The notes under the pieces were generated by a model. The model was given only the letters and a program-made list of their open reading frames with translations, was not told where the DNA came from and did not search any database. Source: Octopus vulgaris (lineage: Eukaryota). From it: a DNA stretch of 64,000 nt. The stretch lies in NCBI GenBank assembly GCA_951406725.2, contig OX597825.1, forward strand, positions 19,964,001 to 20,028,000, read 5' to 3'. Made by a program: the position numbers and the translations under genes. The stretch's first letter is position 1; each line of letters begins with the position of its first letter. This document shows positions 40,676 to 54,157 of the stretch, piece after piece.

Positions 40676-40919
40676 TGTTATTCGTTATGGGTTAGTCTCT
40701 CATGTAAAAGTTTTTTATTATCTATCTTTTGGAAGAAAGACAAGTTTCTCTTATTCCTTCATTACAAAAGAAGCAGACGATTCTATTAGAATATGCACCG
40801 GATTATAAAGTTGCATTTTGGATGAAATTACTCTTTCATGTTACTGTATTGATGTCTTGTAAATATAAGGTGTTATGAAAAGAGCTAATAACAGAAACGC
40901 TCGTGACACTGAGATACCT

Positions 40920-41147
40920 ATTTCTTTATTACCCACAAGGGGCTAAACACAGAGGGGACAAACAAGGACAGACATAGGTATTAAGTCGATTACATCGACC
41001 CCAATGCGTAACTGGTACTTATTTAATCGACCCCGAAAGGATGAAAGGCAAAGTCGACTTCGGCGGAACTTGAACTCAGAACGTGGCGGCAGACGAAATA
41101 TCGCAAAGCATTTCACCCGGTGTGCTAACGTTTCTGCCAGCTCGCCG
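40920..41147 (-). mobile_element. SINE type B, full length
   Basis: Colinear with 20605-20837. Confidence 0.9.
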
Positions 41148-44100
41148 GATGATACAAAAATATTTCTAACATTGCGATGGATTCACAAGAAGAATATGCA
41201 AATCTTCTGAGTAGCACAGCAAAGCATCTCCGATATTCATTTTACCTATGATATTGTTTTGCTGGCTTGTAAAGATGAGGTGCTACGATGTGCGAATACT
41301 TCGCATAAATTCCAATCCCGGTAGTATTACGTTTGGGTGAGATATTGCATAAAATTGTTTCTCCTGAATTTAGAGATTTATGATACGGCTGCATGATTCT
41401 TTTCTTAGTAGACCAACCAGATTTTTAAGAGGAAAAAATAATTTTTCATTTATTTCTGTTGAGTTGTAAAACACACACTACATTTACTTAGAATTCATAT
41501 CTCGAAAAGGAGAAAAAATGTCGTCAGCATTGATTCTAAATAGATTCTTTTTTCTTTTTCTTTTTTTTTTTTTTTGCTTTTTGCACCTTTACTATTTTGT
41601 ACCTTTCACCAAAGTTTACAAAAATCATGTTAACTCTCTGTAAATAATATGTACATAATTTCAAATTTTAATGGATTTTTGGCTTTATCATAAATCGCAC
41701 CAACCTATAGAAATAACCGACTTTGAGATAGAACTGAAGCTTTTTTATTTAAAAGCAAGTGATACGTATTTGTTGCAATTGAATCATCATAGATTAACGC
41801 TACAATCATTGGTATATGTTCTTCTATGTTTGCTGCTAAAGAGGACTAAAGCCACTTGGCTCCCAGAATGTCTACTGCCACATTGATCATTGCTCACTCA
41901 TTCTGAATTCAATGTGGAGACAACGACAATATTATTGCACTACCTAAAAGCATATTTGTAGAAGTTTGAAATGAAATTCAATTTTGATAAATTATGAAAT
42001 CCACAACCTCGGGAAAGAATCTGGACAACATGTGGAACCACGCCACCCCATTTTATGAAGCGCAGCATTAAGGGCGGATTCAGAAGATATTTATCATTCT
42101 ACCTTTGAACAGATTGTTTTGAGTTCAGAACTGATGAGATAATGCATTTCTCTGTTGTCAATTTGAACACTGCTTGGCCAACAGCATCATGTCACATGGG
42201 TGCAAAGTATTTAGATATTTCAATTTGTGTATAATGGAAGTTCCATTTATTATAGACGCAATCATCTTGGCATCTCCATTTTATTATAATCCTTCTGTTG
42301 CCGCTTAAATAGTTTACCTATTATAGTTAATGTTGTTAGATTTACGGTCAACACGAACGTTACTATCATCATTACAATCATAATTAGAATCAAATTTACA
42401 GTGACTATGATATTAGTTGTCAGGACAACAAGTGTTACAGTGATCATGATGAGGGTAATCATTTATGTGATTATAGCTGCCGTAAATATGGCGGCCATAT
42501 TTACTTTCATATTGGCTAATATAAACATGTCAAAACGGAGGAAGAATTTAAATTAGAACATAGTTCAATATTTCCAGTGTAGCCTGTAAATAAAGCTGCC
42601 ACTTCATAGTTTAATCAGGTCCATTATTCTCTTACCTAAAGTTTCTATAAATTCAGTATTCCCTACAATAATGTCCAATAATACCTTTCATCTAACCTCC
42701 TGGAGGAGCCTTAATTCAGATAAAACTAGAGCATGATGCACCAAATTTGAATTGTAATATCCATAGAGTTAGCGACATCACCTCTTGAACAGAACTCATA
42801 CAGAAAGGCCTAATTCATAATAAACGCGGAACATGTGTATTTTTATCAATAAAATACTTGCAGAAAACACTACAGCCGACTAGCTTTCATATCTGTTTTT
42901 TATACACAAAACTGTGCTATATTATACATAGCCTTGAATCATTCAAATTTTGTTCAGTATAACTTTTTTATGTAGATAGTATATCATAGTGAGTCATGTA
43001 AATGCTTCGTGGTTTCGGAAGAGAAAATTGGGAATACCTGATGGCGAAGAGTAAATAGTAACCGGCAGAGTAAACAGTAACCGGCATAAAATGCTTCTCC
43101 ACATTATCAGATTGAATAGAGATTTCATCCAGTGATCCAATATACCGGACGTTATCACCACTAGAGATTCAAAATAAACTCATCAGAAAGTAGGACATCC
43201 TCGCTTGCAATCAAGGTGTTATTTTTATGCTAAATACAAATATAATGTAGTCGAATGCAGTTTACTCTTCCGCAAATGTTGTCACACTAATCCCGTGTGG
43301 CATTCCAAAAGACCATTTGGACTGAACTCACGCCTCTCTTTTAATATAGAGCCTGTAATTTGTCGGTAGATAATATTTTCCTCCTAATTTTGATGTCTAT
43401 ATTAATTAACTGTCCTTTTTCTTATCTCAGATATGTGATTTATCATTAGCTCTGCAATGGTGTTATGGGATATGACCCCATTAAATATGAACAACTTTGA
43501 CTATTCGAGCTTTCGACATTCGTGCACCATAGAGAAATTCCACTTCTCTATGACACAGGAATGTCGCTACAAGCTCGGACTTGCATTTGACAAATTATTT
43601 GAATAAAGTATAAGGTAACCGACAAATACATGTGAGCGGAATGAAGATTGTTCCTCTATATGTAGTTTCGGTATTTCCTCAACCGGTCTCAAATGGGATT
43701 CGGTATGAACAGCGTTACAGAGAAGGTATCATGGTAGAAGACTCTTGTCACAAATCTAAGTCATTTTCTGATAAATGGAATTATCTGACGTCTTTGCGGT
43801 AGTTGAGGCGGCCATATCGTAGAAAGTGTCCCTAGCAGCATATTGAGGGCAGCTGATGGAATTGCGATTAGACATATGACCGTAGTATCCAGGAGGGAAT
43901 GACATAGTCAAAAGTCTTTTTTGTAGGTTCCTCATGCATTTATAAAGTTTTAGTAAGCAACAATTTTGGTGTGTGGACTCATTACTTTCTTCCTACAGAC
44001 CGATCATGTGCCATGTTATTTGATTCGCACACGTGAGAGCTTTCGCGATGAAGTTAGCTTTCTCTGCAAATAATAAACTATCAAGTCACTTCCAGATCAC

Positions 44101-44604
44101 ATTTGTTGCAAAGATATCCCCAGGAGAGTTTCCTCAATATGTCCACTCTAACTACAGTTTTGCAAATTTTCATGAAATTTTCATGAAATTTTCATTGGTG
44201 ATGTCATACATCTTATAAGGAACGTTTCCACAGTATTCAACCCGTGGAGAGTTTAACCATGCTACAGCGTAGAATGGTTACTACATCTAATGATTTACAA
44301 AGATCTCATTTATACAATTGATATCGATTTACTTAGGCTTCTTACCTTATGCAATACTATATTTCATATGGATATAAATCTTATGAATATTGTTGCTATC
44401 CATCGTACTTGCATATAATGTTTTCTTATTTTTATTAAAATGTTGAAATATGTTCACTTGTTGATTTAAAAATCGGTCTACTGAAAAAATATTATTGAAT
44501 TAACTCTGCAAAAATATCAAAGGTAATAATTCTTTTCTTGTACTCAGCATATTGAAAATTCTCTCATGCAGAATATTACTATATCAATATTTGACAAAAA
44601 TAAG

Positions 44605-44782
44605 GTGGTGAGCAGATATAACCATTGGCATCCCGGGCAGAGTATTTACTGGTATTTCGTTCGTTTTCCTCTCATCGTTTAGAGATCGGTAAAATAAGTA
44701 GCAGTTGACAACGGGGTTCGATGTAATCTACGTGCTCTCCTCTAAAATTGCTAACCTTCTGCCAAAATTTGAAGCCAATATA
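44605..44782 (+). mobile_element. degenerate SINE type B, second tail
   Basis: AGGTGGTGAGC...GGTATTTCG...GGGGTTCGATGTAATC...AAAATTGCT...GCCAAAATTTGAAGCCAAT. Confidence 0.6.
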
Positions 44783-44799
44783 AAAGACATTGTTACATG

Positions 44800-45000
44800 T
44801 AAACATGACAAAGATCCCACACTTGATTGTAACTGTGAAGACATTGAAAGTTTTCCCAAGATCAGATGTGTTTTACAAACCTCAAGACAATGTGTTTGAA
44901 AAGAAACAATACGTCGGTTTATACGAATCACAAAACACCTATCTTTTTTTTATGACATTTAAAACTAAAGACCCCAAGTTCAGGGCAACTTACAGCAGAA
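44800..45000 (+). mobile_element. possible PLE GIY-YIG remnant
   Basis: CNC...P then VFYK...KQYVGL.E across a frameshift. Confidence 0.45.
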
Positions 45001-45118
45001 TCATAGCAAGCTAATGACTTTCACAAGATAAATGCTTATCGTTTTATCAATTTCTTTTTCTAACACACACGTGAGCAAGCACACACACACACACATATAT
45101 AATATATACATATATATA

Positions 45119-45159
<41 letters not shown>

Positions 45160-45179
45160 ATATACATACATATATATAT

Positions 45180-45383
<204 letters not shown>

Positions 45384-45710
45384 TATATTAAATTAGAGAT
45401 AAAACCACTATCATGCAAATGAAACAATGAAAATCATAAACCAATACATAGAAATAAAAAAGGAATCTAATGACTTTCGCAAGATAAATGATTATCGTTT
45501 TATCAACTCCTTCGTTTTTCCTTGGGACTGGCCAAATTAGAGCAACCTCGAGCTGAATCAGCTCAAATTGCGAGATAATCTGGTACTCGACCGTGGAAAG
45601 AAAACTTTGAATGACCCGTCCTTGTTTTCTTTGTATTGTCCATCTGGATTTTTGGTTGTCCCAATTTTTGTATCACCTAACTGTCCGGATGTTTTGCGTT
45701 CTTGTTTTTG

Positions 45711-45751
<41 letters not shown>

Positions 45752-46160
45752 CTTTTGTCTTATATTTATGGACTGCCATATTAGTTTGGCGATAACTATT
45801 AATATCCAGCAACGCTGCCGTAATCTTCTTTAGAGGGACTTAGTAATTTTAATATTTATATTATTGAAAACAAGTGGATGTATTCCACTGTAACTAGGTA
45901 AATAAAATCTTTGAACAGACGGTCGATAGCGACACCTGCTGGGTTTGACTACGCTGCATTGATAAAGGGCAACAACTCTGAAACATGTCTGCAGATGTCT
46001 GACCAGCAAGGTGAAACGGCTGACCTCCCCTGTTCGAAGGTTGTAATGGACGCAGGTTCGTGTGTCATATAGCTAGCTAGAGGCGATGGCCTCTTGGAGC
46101 TAATCAGCGACATCTTTAGTCTTATATCTATGGACTGCCATAATAGTTTGGCGATAACTA

Positions 46161-46167
<7 letters not shown>
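45752..46167 (+). mobile_element. retrozyme-like hammerhead-rod element (member 1): 362-nt unit plus 54-nt terminal redundancy
   Basis: Direct repeats 45752-45805 and 46114-46167; rod 45909-46039; HHR 45954-45994; structured domain 46048-46152; (TA)n on both sides. Confidence 0.8.
45954..45994 (+). ncRNA. minimal type I hammerhead ribozyme, U3-A8 core variant
   Basis: CTGCA-TTGATAA-AGGG-CAACAA-CTCT-GAAAC-AT-GTC-TGCAG. Confidence 0.8.
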
Positions 46168-46207
<40 letters not shown>

Positions 46208-46355
46208 CGGCGTACGTACACTTTGATCACTTATATGTAAGTATACATCTTTTTTTATATCTTGTACGACTCTATTTCTGTCTACCAGCCCTTTCACGCT
46301 TATTCATTCATTCCACTCTTCGTACTTTCGTTTCCCTTCTCTCACATTTCTTTGC

Positions 46356-46958
46356 CAAACAGATACATATATTCAAATATTCTTCTACATTTACGAAACG
46401 GATGTATAAATTCCAGATATAACATTATATATAAATAGATATAAGTCGGTGTTATGCACAAAACACAGTGAAGTTCCATTTCTAAAGTTATAAAATATTG
46501 GTATACTTAAAACTAATTTCATATTATCAAAACTTACACTCCCCTCACCAAGATGCTTTTCCACACACTATACAAAAACAAATACAAAAATACTAATATT
46601 CAATTACATACCAGCGATTTGTAATCCTTAATTGTAATCCCAATGAGGAGAGTGTCAGTTTTGATAATCTGAAATGTAATATATGACATGGCACGTCTCT
46701 GAAACGGCATGTAGATGGAACTAAAAATTAAAAAATTTTTGTGTTAATTTTCGAAGGTTTTTAATAAGTACTTTTAATGTTTCATCATCCAAAATTTTAA
46801 ACTTATCAATATTTTATAACATTTAAAATGAAATTTCACTGTATTTTGTGTATAACACCGACTTATATCTATATATATATATTTTAATATCTTTATATCT
46901 GGAATTAAACATCCGCTTTGTAAATGTGGAAGAATATGTGAATATATGTATCTATTTG
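46356..46958. repeat. diverged inverted repeat (~160-bp arms, ~280-bp spacer); possible MITE or fold-back
   Basis: 46356-46513 is the reverse complement of 46793-46958 (e.g. TAGATATAAGTCGGTGTTAT / ATAACACCGACTTATATCTA). Confidence 0.85.
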
Positions 46959-48822
46959 ATCTTCGAGTGTGGATCTTAATTATGTTCCTCTAGTTTCCGC
47001 TTGCATTGCCTCCGTTCAAATTAAGAGGTGAAATAATACTCACTTGAAGCACTACAACTCCAGTCTGTATATCTTACGAGTATTGTTAGCACTAGCAATC
47101 TCAAATTAAAGCGCTGTGTATTTCATATATATATATAAAAAAATGCACCCCTTATTCCTTCGAAATTAGGAATATGCAGCCTTCGAAACATATGTCGAGA
47201 ATAAAGGAATTTTGTTAAATCGTCGTTCAACTCCAGTCTTTCATTTATTTGTATTAAAAAAACACAAGTTTCCACACGAAAGCACGTGATCTCTGCCCTT
47301 GGCATGTAGCTTCAACCGTGTTTTTCTGACGTGAATTTGCTACCCAGGTATCGGTTAACCGAATTATCCATACTAAGATAATTCATTCAACTACTGATAT
47401 ATATATATATATATATATGAGTGCTTGTATGTATATGTGTGTGTGTGTGTATGTGTGTATATATCTATAACAACATGAATGGATAAGTAATAAGGGTAAT
47501 AAAAAATGTCACATACTGTGATGCTACATTTCAATGAAACGCTCATTCTATGTTATCTGAACTATATATATTCCCAGTGAGTAGAAAATCGTTCTTTTTT
47601 CTTTGTTTCTTTTTTATTTTGTTGTATTTGTTTTTAATTCAACCCAATATTTGTAAAATAATCTATTGTATTTTTCAATAACATTACAGCAATTATAGGT
47701 TATTTGTTCTGTATTTAAATACTTCATCGTTATTTATAATTTTGCTTACATATTTGTGAATATATATGAACACCCTGTAGACAATTTCCGAAAATTAGTA
47801 GTAACATAGACAATTTTAGAAAATGAAAGAGCTTTTAATGACTCACATAGAATAATTTAGTTTGCCAAATTTAACATCTAATGCTTCAAACAACTGGGAA
47901 ATTGCCATATTACTTCTAAGCAAAATCTGATCAAAGTCAACACTGTACATTACTCTATAGTATATATATATCTGAATAAATTCGTCGTAAAAATTCTGCC
48001 GGCAAAATTGAATCAACTACGGAACGCAACAAGAAACTTTCAATTAATTAATCATAAGACTTCTAGACTGGTAAATCTAGAGAATACTGCACCGATACAG
48101 AAATACGTCCATTCCCTTGTTTGATATAATCTCAAGCAGATATAATGTTTTCAGAGTGGATATGAAAAACCTCTTTAACATCACTACTTGATTATCGATG
48201 TATTGAAGTCTTGTTGACAACACGCCAATAATTACAGGAGAATTACTTTGCATGAATCTCAACTAGTTTTGCCGTCAGTTCTTCAAAATATAAGTGCAAT
48301 ATTAGATTTTACCTATAAGCGATTAAATGATATGCATTACTATTAATGCCCATATATTATTCATTAATTGTTATACACTATCATCAACATTTTATTAACC
48401 AAAATATTTAAATATAGTAATGATGAGATAATATGTGTTAGAGGCGCGGCAAAGACAACGACAGCAGTTAGTTGTTAGGATGTGTACTATTTACTCATCT
48501 TCAGTCATCTAAGTTGAAAGGTTTCCTTCTTTGATTTCATTTCAGTGTTCATTTAATTCTCACGGGTGAATTCTCTCAACTCCCCTAAGGAATTAACATA
48601 TCTCTAACAACCATCTAGCCAGTTACCAATCACCTATGAATGAAACTTATGTTCTCTAAGTGGCAGTGGGTATAATATATATATATGTGTGTGTGTGTGT
48701 GTGCGCGTGTGTAAGTATGTATATGTATATATGTATGTATATATATGTATATATATATACGTATATATATATATGTATATATGTATGTATATATATATAT
48801 GTATATATATACATATATATAC

Positions 48823-48857
<35 letters not shown>

Positions 48858-48875
48858 GATAGATAGATAGATAGG

Positions 48876-48936
<61 letters not shown>

Positions 48937-50375
48937 GGATAGATAGATAGATAGATAGATATGTGTGTGGTGGGGTGTTATATCATCTTACAGATAAAAG
49001 GTCAGAATAACTTCACACACATCTACATTTGGACATATTTATTGTGTTCTCGGCTTTTTTAAATTCTTATTCTTCATATTTTGATTTCTTTTCCCCATCA
49101 TCTATTATATTCTTTAATATCTTCCACGTTTTTTCCTGTGTCTTTTCCCGAGTTTTTTTTTTGCCCTTTTTAACAATATATATATATATTTAACAATGAC
49201 TCACATTGTTCTCATTCGGTTAAGTTTATCTTGCTTATCTTTCTTTTGTTTATTTCCATCCTTCCTCCATTTTTTTTCCTTTGTCTACAACCGTCAAATT
49301 CTCTGTCTCCGTATATAATTTTTGTATGTTTTATCCTTATTATTCTGCTTTGATTATATTATTTCAGTTTGTTTATATCTATATCTATTCATATTATCAT
49401 TTCCTTTTGTCTACTTACTCCTTATCTTAATCTTCCACTGAATTCAAATTATACTTCGTATTAATTTCTGTAATTTTTGCCGGGAATAAATATGTCAATT
49501 ATTTTCCGCCAGTTCATTAGTTATTGATACAAAAAGTAGCTCAACGAAGTAATTAATTCTTTTTACAAATATACATAGTTATGACTGTGACTCTCATTAG
49601 TGTTAAATAGTTGATGTAATAAATTAGTGCGTGTAATATATATACCTTGGAGATCACAGAAATTTTAAGAAAGCCAATTACAATTTATCGTGGCTAACAG
49701 AAAACTCAGTAAAACTTTTATACGAGAAATGTTATATGTAAAACTCATGCGCTCTTCCTATGACGAACGTAGAATTCAATGCTCCAAGGTCCATTGCCCG
49801 TTTGTGATGGGTATAAATATTTCGCAATATTTATTCTGTATGAAAGCGTTTCCTAAGATGTTCTGTAAGACCTTATATTATGGCTTTTAATAAAAGAATT
49901 CGAACTGTAGATTCGATGTGGCAGGGGTCTGAAAAAAGGCATATTCTATTAAAGTTAAAAATCGGAATCCTAGGAAACCAGTTGTAGTGTCCTTCTTATT
50001 TATCCTTTATTTGCCCTGATCTAGCCCTCAGAATTCCCTTCTCGATTCACTAGACGAATTAAATACTTAATACTTCAAAAGGATATAATTTTTCATGTAT
50101 ATTTAAGCTCCAATAAGCTTAAATCTTCAAATAGCTCCATATAATCATACGGCGTAAATTGAGTGCTTACGCCAGTATCTGGAATTTTATTAAGTTTAAT
50201 GTATAGGGGAACGAAAACATGCAAAACAATAATAAAATGCGTGGAATGTGCAGACGGAAAAGAGGAGTTCATGCGGAGCGTTGAGATATGAAATGCCCTA
50301 CATACCGAGTTTTAAAGTGATTCTTTTAACACATACGTAGGTATACACACACATATACACAAATTCATACATACG

Positions 50376-50453
<78 letters not shown>

Positions 50454-50472
50454 AAACTGACTTATTGGAAGT

Positions 50473-50515
50473 CCACCTGAAGATTGTCGATCAAGACAAG
50501 AAACAATTGTAGTGG
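50473..50515 (+). ncRNA. minimal type I hammerhead ribozyme, canonical core
   Basis: CCAC-CTGAAGA-TTGTC-GATCAA-GACAA-GAAAC-AATT-GTA-GTGG, inside a ~155-bp island (50451-50607) between TA tracts. Confidence 0.88.
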
Positions 50516-50694
50516 CGGTTTTTTTTACTATTTATTAAAATTTTATGTATTGATTAAGTCTTTCCTTGTTTGTTTTGCAAAGTAGTGGTTTTGTCTCTAA
50601 TAATATTTTATATATATGTATATATATATATATACGTATACATATATATATATATATGTGTGTGCGTGTGTGTGTGTATATATATATACATTTA

Positions 50695-51103
50695 GGCGCA
50701 GGAGTGGCTGTGTGGTAAGTAGCTTGCTAACAAACCACATGGTTCCGGGTTCAGTCCCACTGCGTGGCATCTTGGGCGAGTGTCTTCTGCAATAGCCCCG
50801 GGCCGACCAATGCCTTGTGAGTAGATTTGGTAGACGGAAACTGAAAGAAGCCTGTCGTATATATGTATATTTATATATGTATGTGTGTGTGTATTTGTGT
50901 GTCTGTGTTTGTCCCCCTAGCATTGCTTGACAACCGATGCCGGTGTGTTTACGTCCCCGTCACTTAGCGGTTCGGCTAAAGCGACCGATAGAATAAGTAC
51001 TGGGCTTAAAAAAAATAAGTCCCAGGGTAAATTTGCTCGACTAAAGGCGGTGCTCCAGCATGGCCGCAGTCAAATGACTGAAAAAAGTAAAAGAGTAAAA
51101 GAA
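50695..51103 (+). mobile_element. CORE-SINE type C, full length (resembles the octopus OR2-type; name not verified)
   Basis: GGCGCAGGAGTGGCTGTGTGGTAAG head, GGTTCAGTCCC B box, CORE-like GGCATCTTGGGCGAGTGTCTT, internal TA/TG tract, tail ending GTAAAAGAGTAAAAGA. Confidence 0.9.
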
Positions 51104-51164
51104 TATATACTTATACATATATGTGTATGTATATATATATAATTATTCATATATATATACATAC

Positions 51165-51197
<33 letters not shown>

Positions 51198-51226
51198 TAC
51201 ATACACATACATACACACATACATAC

Positions 51227-51267
<41 letters not shown>

Positions 51268-51625
51268 CGGTGTGTGTGTGTGTGTGTGCATGGATATGCT
51301 AGAGAGATTTTGTTGCTGGAATAGAATTAATTTTCACTGAACAAAAGTTAACAAAAGAATCAATGATAGTTTAAATTCCTGTTACAGTGCATTATTCTTC
51401 AAAAGGAAAAACAAAAAGGATCATAGGGCCCTCCGGAACCATTCGCTCATAAGGCCAGTTTTCCGTATTCTTTGGCGTATATAGTACCTATAACTACCTG
51501 TACTACTTGCCGATCCGTCTCAAGCTTATTCATATTTGCTAGCTAAGTAGACGATACCAGTGTCAAGCGAAAATTTTTTTTTCAAATCCATGATCCTATT
51601 ATTTTGGGAACATCACTTTAAAAGG

Positions 51626-51830
51626 TGTAGGAGTGGCTTTACAAGCGTAGGAGTGGCTGTGTGTTCAGTCCCAGTTAAGACAGCGAGCTGGCAGAGTCGT
51701 TAGCAAGACAGAGATAATGCTTAGCGGCATTTTGTCCGTCTTTACACTCGCCATTCTTAGTTTTCCGGTGTCAAGTTTACCTTTCATTATTTAAGGGGTG
51801 ATAAAACACCTACCAGTTGAGCACAAGATT
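51626..51830 (+). mobile_element. fragments of SINE type C head and degenerate SINE type B
   Basis: GTAGGAGTGGCT twice, then GCGAGCTGGCAGAGTCGTTAGC...TGCTTAGCGGCATTTTGTCC. Confidence 0.6.
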
Positions 51831-52460
51831 TCATGTAATGGCCTTAGAACCAGCCCCGATAATATTTTTAATCAGTTTAACAATCAAGATCATAACATTC
51901 ATGACCATCCCTCTCTCTCTCTCTCTTTCTCTTTCTCTCTCTCCTTTTTCTCTCTCTCCCCTCTCTCTCTCACTCTCTCTCTCTGTCCTTTACTTAAAGA
52001 TGGCCTCGCTTGCATTAAGTGATACGATGCGTCATTATTTTCGTTAGGCAAGAATAACTTGAGAAAAATATCACAGCACTTTTCTGCAGATACCGCGAAT
52101 AGATACAGAAGCATTCCTCTCCCGGTTTGCGGTATCTGTTTCATGCTAATTTTAGTTTGGTGATTAGGATCAAATGGTCATATCGCTGGAGTGGGGATGG
52201 CAAATAAGGCAGCCTCTGTGTGAATTATATAACGATGCAGCTATTTGTCATTCCGCTTGTCTTTCTTTTATTTCACATAAATGCCGAGAAGAAAAGAGGG
52301 GACATGTAGAGATAGTAGACTTGCTTCCATCAAATCATGCACTTCTCTTCTAAAACTCTGGAGGCAGGCCTGCAAAAAATGGAGGGGGAGTGACTACGGC
52401 AAAAATATCAATGATCATGTCTCCTCCGCGAAATTACACGTGATACAAAATGAAAGAAAA

Positions 52461-52524
<64 letters not shown>

Positions 52525-52565
52525 ACTACTACTGCTACGACCACTACAAATAATAATAATAATGA
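52461..52565. repeat. compound (TAC)n-(TGC)n-(TAA)n microsatellite
   Basis: Direct inspection. Confidence 0.95.
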
Positions 52566-52644
52566 TATACGAACACACACATACAAATACACACACGCAC
52601 ACACACACATACACACACACATACACACACACATACACACACAG

Positions 52645-52709
<65 letters not shown>

Positions 52710-52943
52710 AGAATTACGGAATGGAATAGATAAGATGCGAGCTCTATTCTTTTACTCGACAAACCTGGTTGCATAACGTGAATGTAAAAATAACTTTTTT
52801 TCCAGTTTATCATACTTCGATAAGGAATGAATCCACAATATTAGGTCTCAGTAAACCACTATTGTCTCTGAAACTTGTTTCTTTTTTTCAAAGTTACTAT
52901 GGATTGCTTGAAGCTAAATTTATTTCTACACATCGATTTTCGG

Positions 52944-52982
<39 letters not shown>

Positions 52983-53952
52983 TTAAGATACATCTAGCGG
53001 GTACATTCAGATGCTCCGTGTGTGGTGTTTAGGGTCTCTCATCTTCAGACACCCTCCCCTGTGTGATCCAGCTGGGCTTGGTTAATTCCTAGTTTACTGC
53101 ACAGTAGCAGCAAAACACTAGTCTGTTTTCTGTATATATTTCATATATACATAATCATTGATACACGCGCGCGCACGAGACAGACAGAGCGACATCATTT
53201 GTAATGCAGCCTCGGAGTACAACAATTCCAACACTCACGTAGATTCTTTATATTATCTTACCTTAAATTTTACTTGAATAATCTATTTAACTTTTGATTT
53301 CGTCTGTATGTAATAAACTCAATATACATTTTATTTTCTTATTCATTTAGAGGAAATTGGGCTGAGATTAGAACGAATTTGTATCATAAATCGGACAATA
53401 TAATAATCTAGATTATTGATTCTCTGTGTTTTTGTTTTTATTCTATTTTTTTCTTATTTTTTATTTCATTTTATTTTATTTTATTTTTTCATTTTTTGCT
53501 GAGGACAAATATTGCAATTAGCGGATTTGTTGAGTATATCTGAAGTCGATTAATATTGCTTCTTTGATTATTTGTTTTATTTTCTTTCGAAATAAAGTGC
53601 AATATATAATGAATATTTAATTGACCTAAATATCTACATAAGTATAATTCGATTCAGACAAAATGGAGTGTTTCATTTATTGAATATCATAAATATTCAT
53701 TTACGAATTGAATAAAAGTTAATGAATAATTTTCCTAAATATTTTCGTTAACGTAATAGATGTATTTGAAAAGAAATTCACCAGAGCTACGCCCCCATGA
53801 AATAGTTTCAATATGGCCGATATATCTGTTAGAAATAGCTGCTAAGTTTCCTTCAAATTTCACTTCTTTATTAATTCTTAATTGAATCTTTACGAAAATA
53901 TGACGCGAGAGCGGGACGAAATGGTTACACTTATCTTTCTATCGATGAAATA

Positions 53953-54157
53953 GTGATTTCAAATTTTGGCACAGGGACAGTAATTTTGAGGGAATTTTGA
54001 AGTCGATTCTATCGGCCCTTGTAATCAAGTAGTACTTATTTTATCGACCCCAAAAGGGTGATAAGTAAAGTTGACCTAAGCAGAATTTTAATTCAGACTG
54101 TAAAGACAGGAAATGCCGATAAATATTTTGCTAACGATTCCACCAGCATGCCGCCAT
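53953..54157 (-). mobile_element. degenerate SINE type B, second tail
   Basis: Plus strand TTTCAAATTTTGGCACA...AAGTCGATT...TACTTATTTTATCGACCCC...CCAGC. Confidence 0.7.

Noticed and set aside
45998-46025. Second hammerhead-like string CTGACCA-GCAAGGT-GAAAC
   Set aside because: G8 is missing, there is no stem I/III partner, and these bases are already explained as the 3' strand of the rod.
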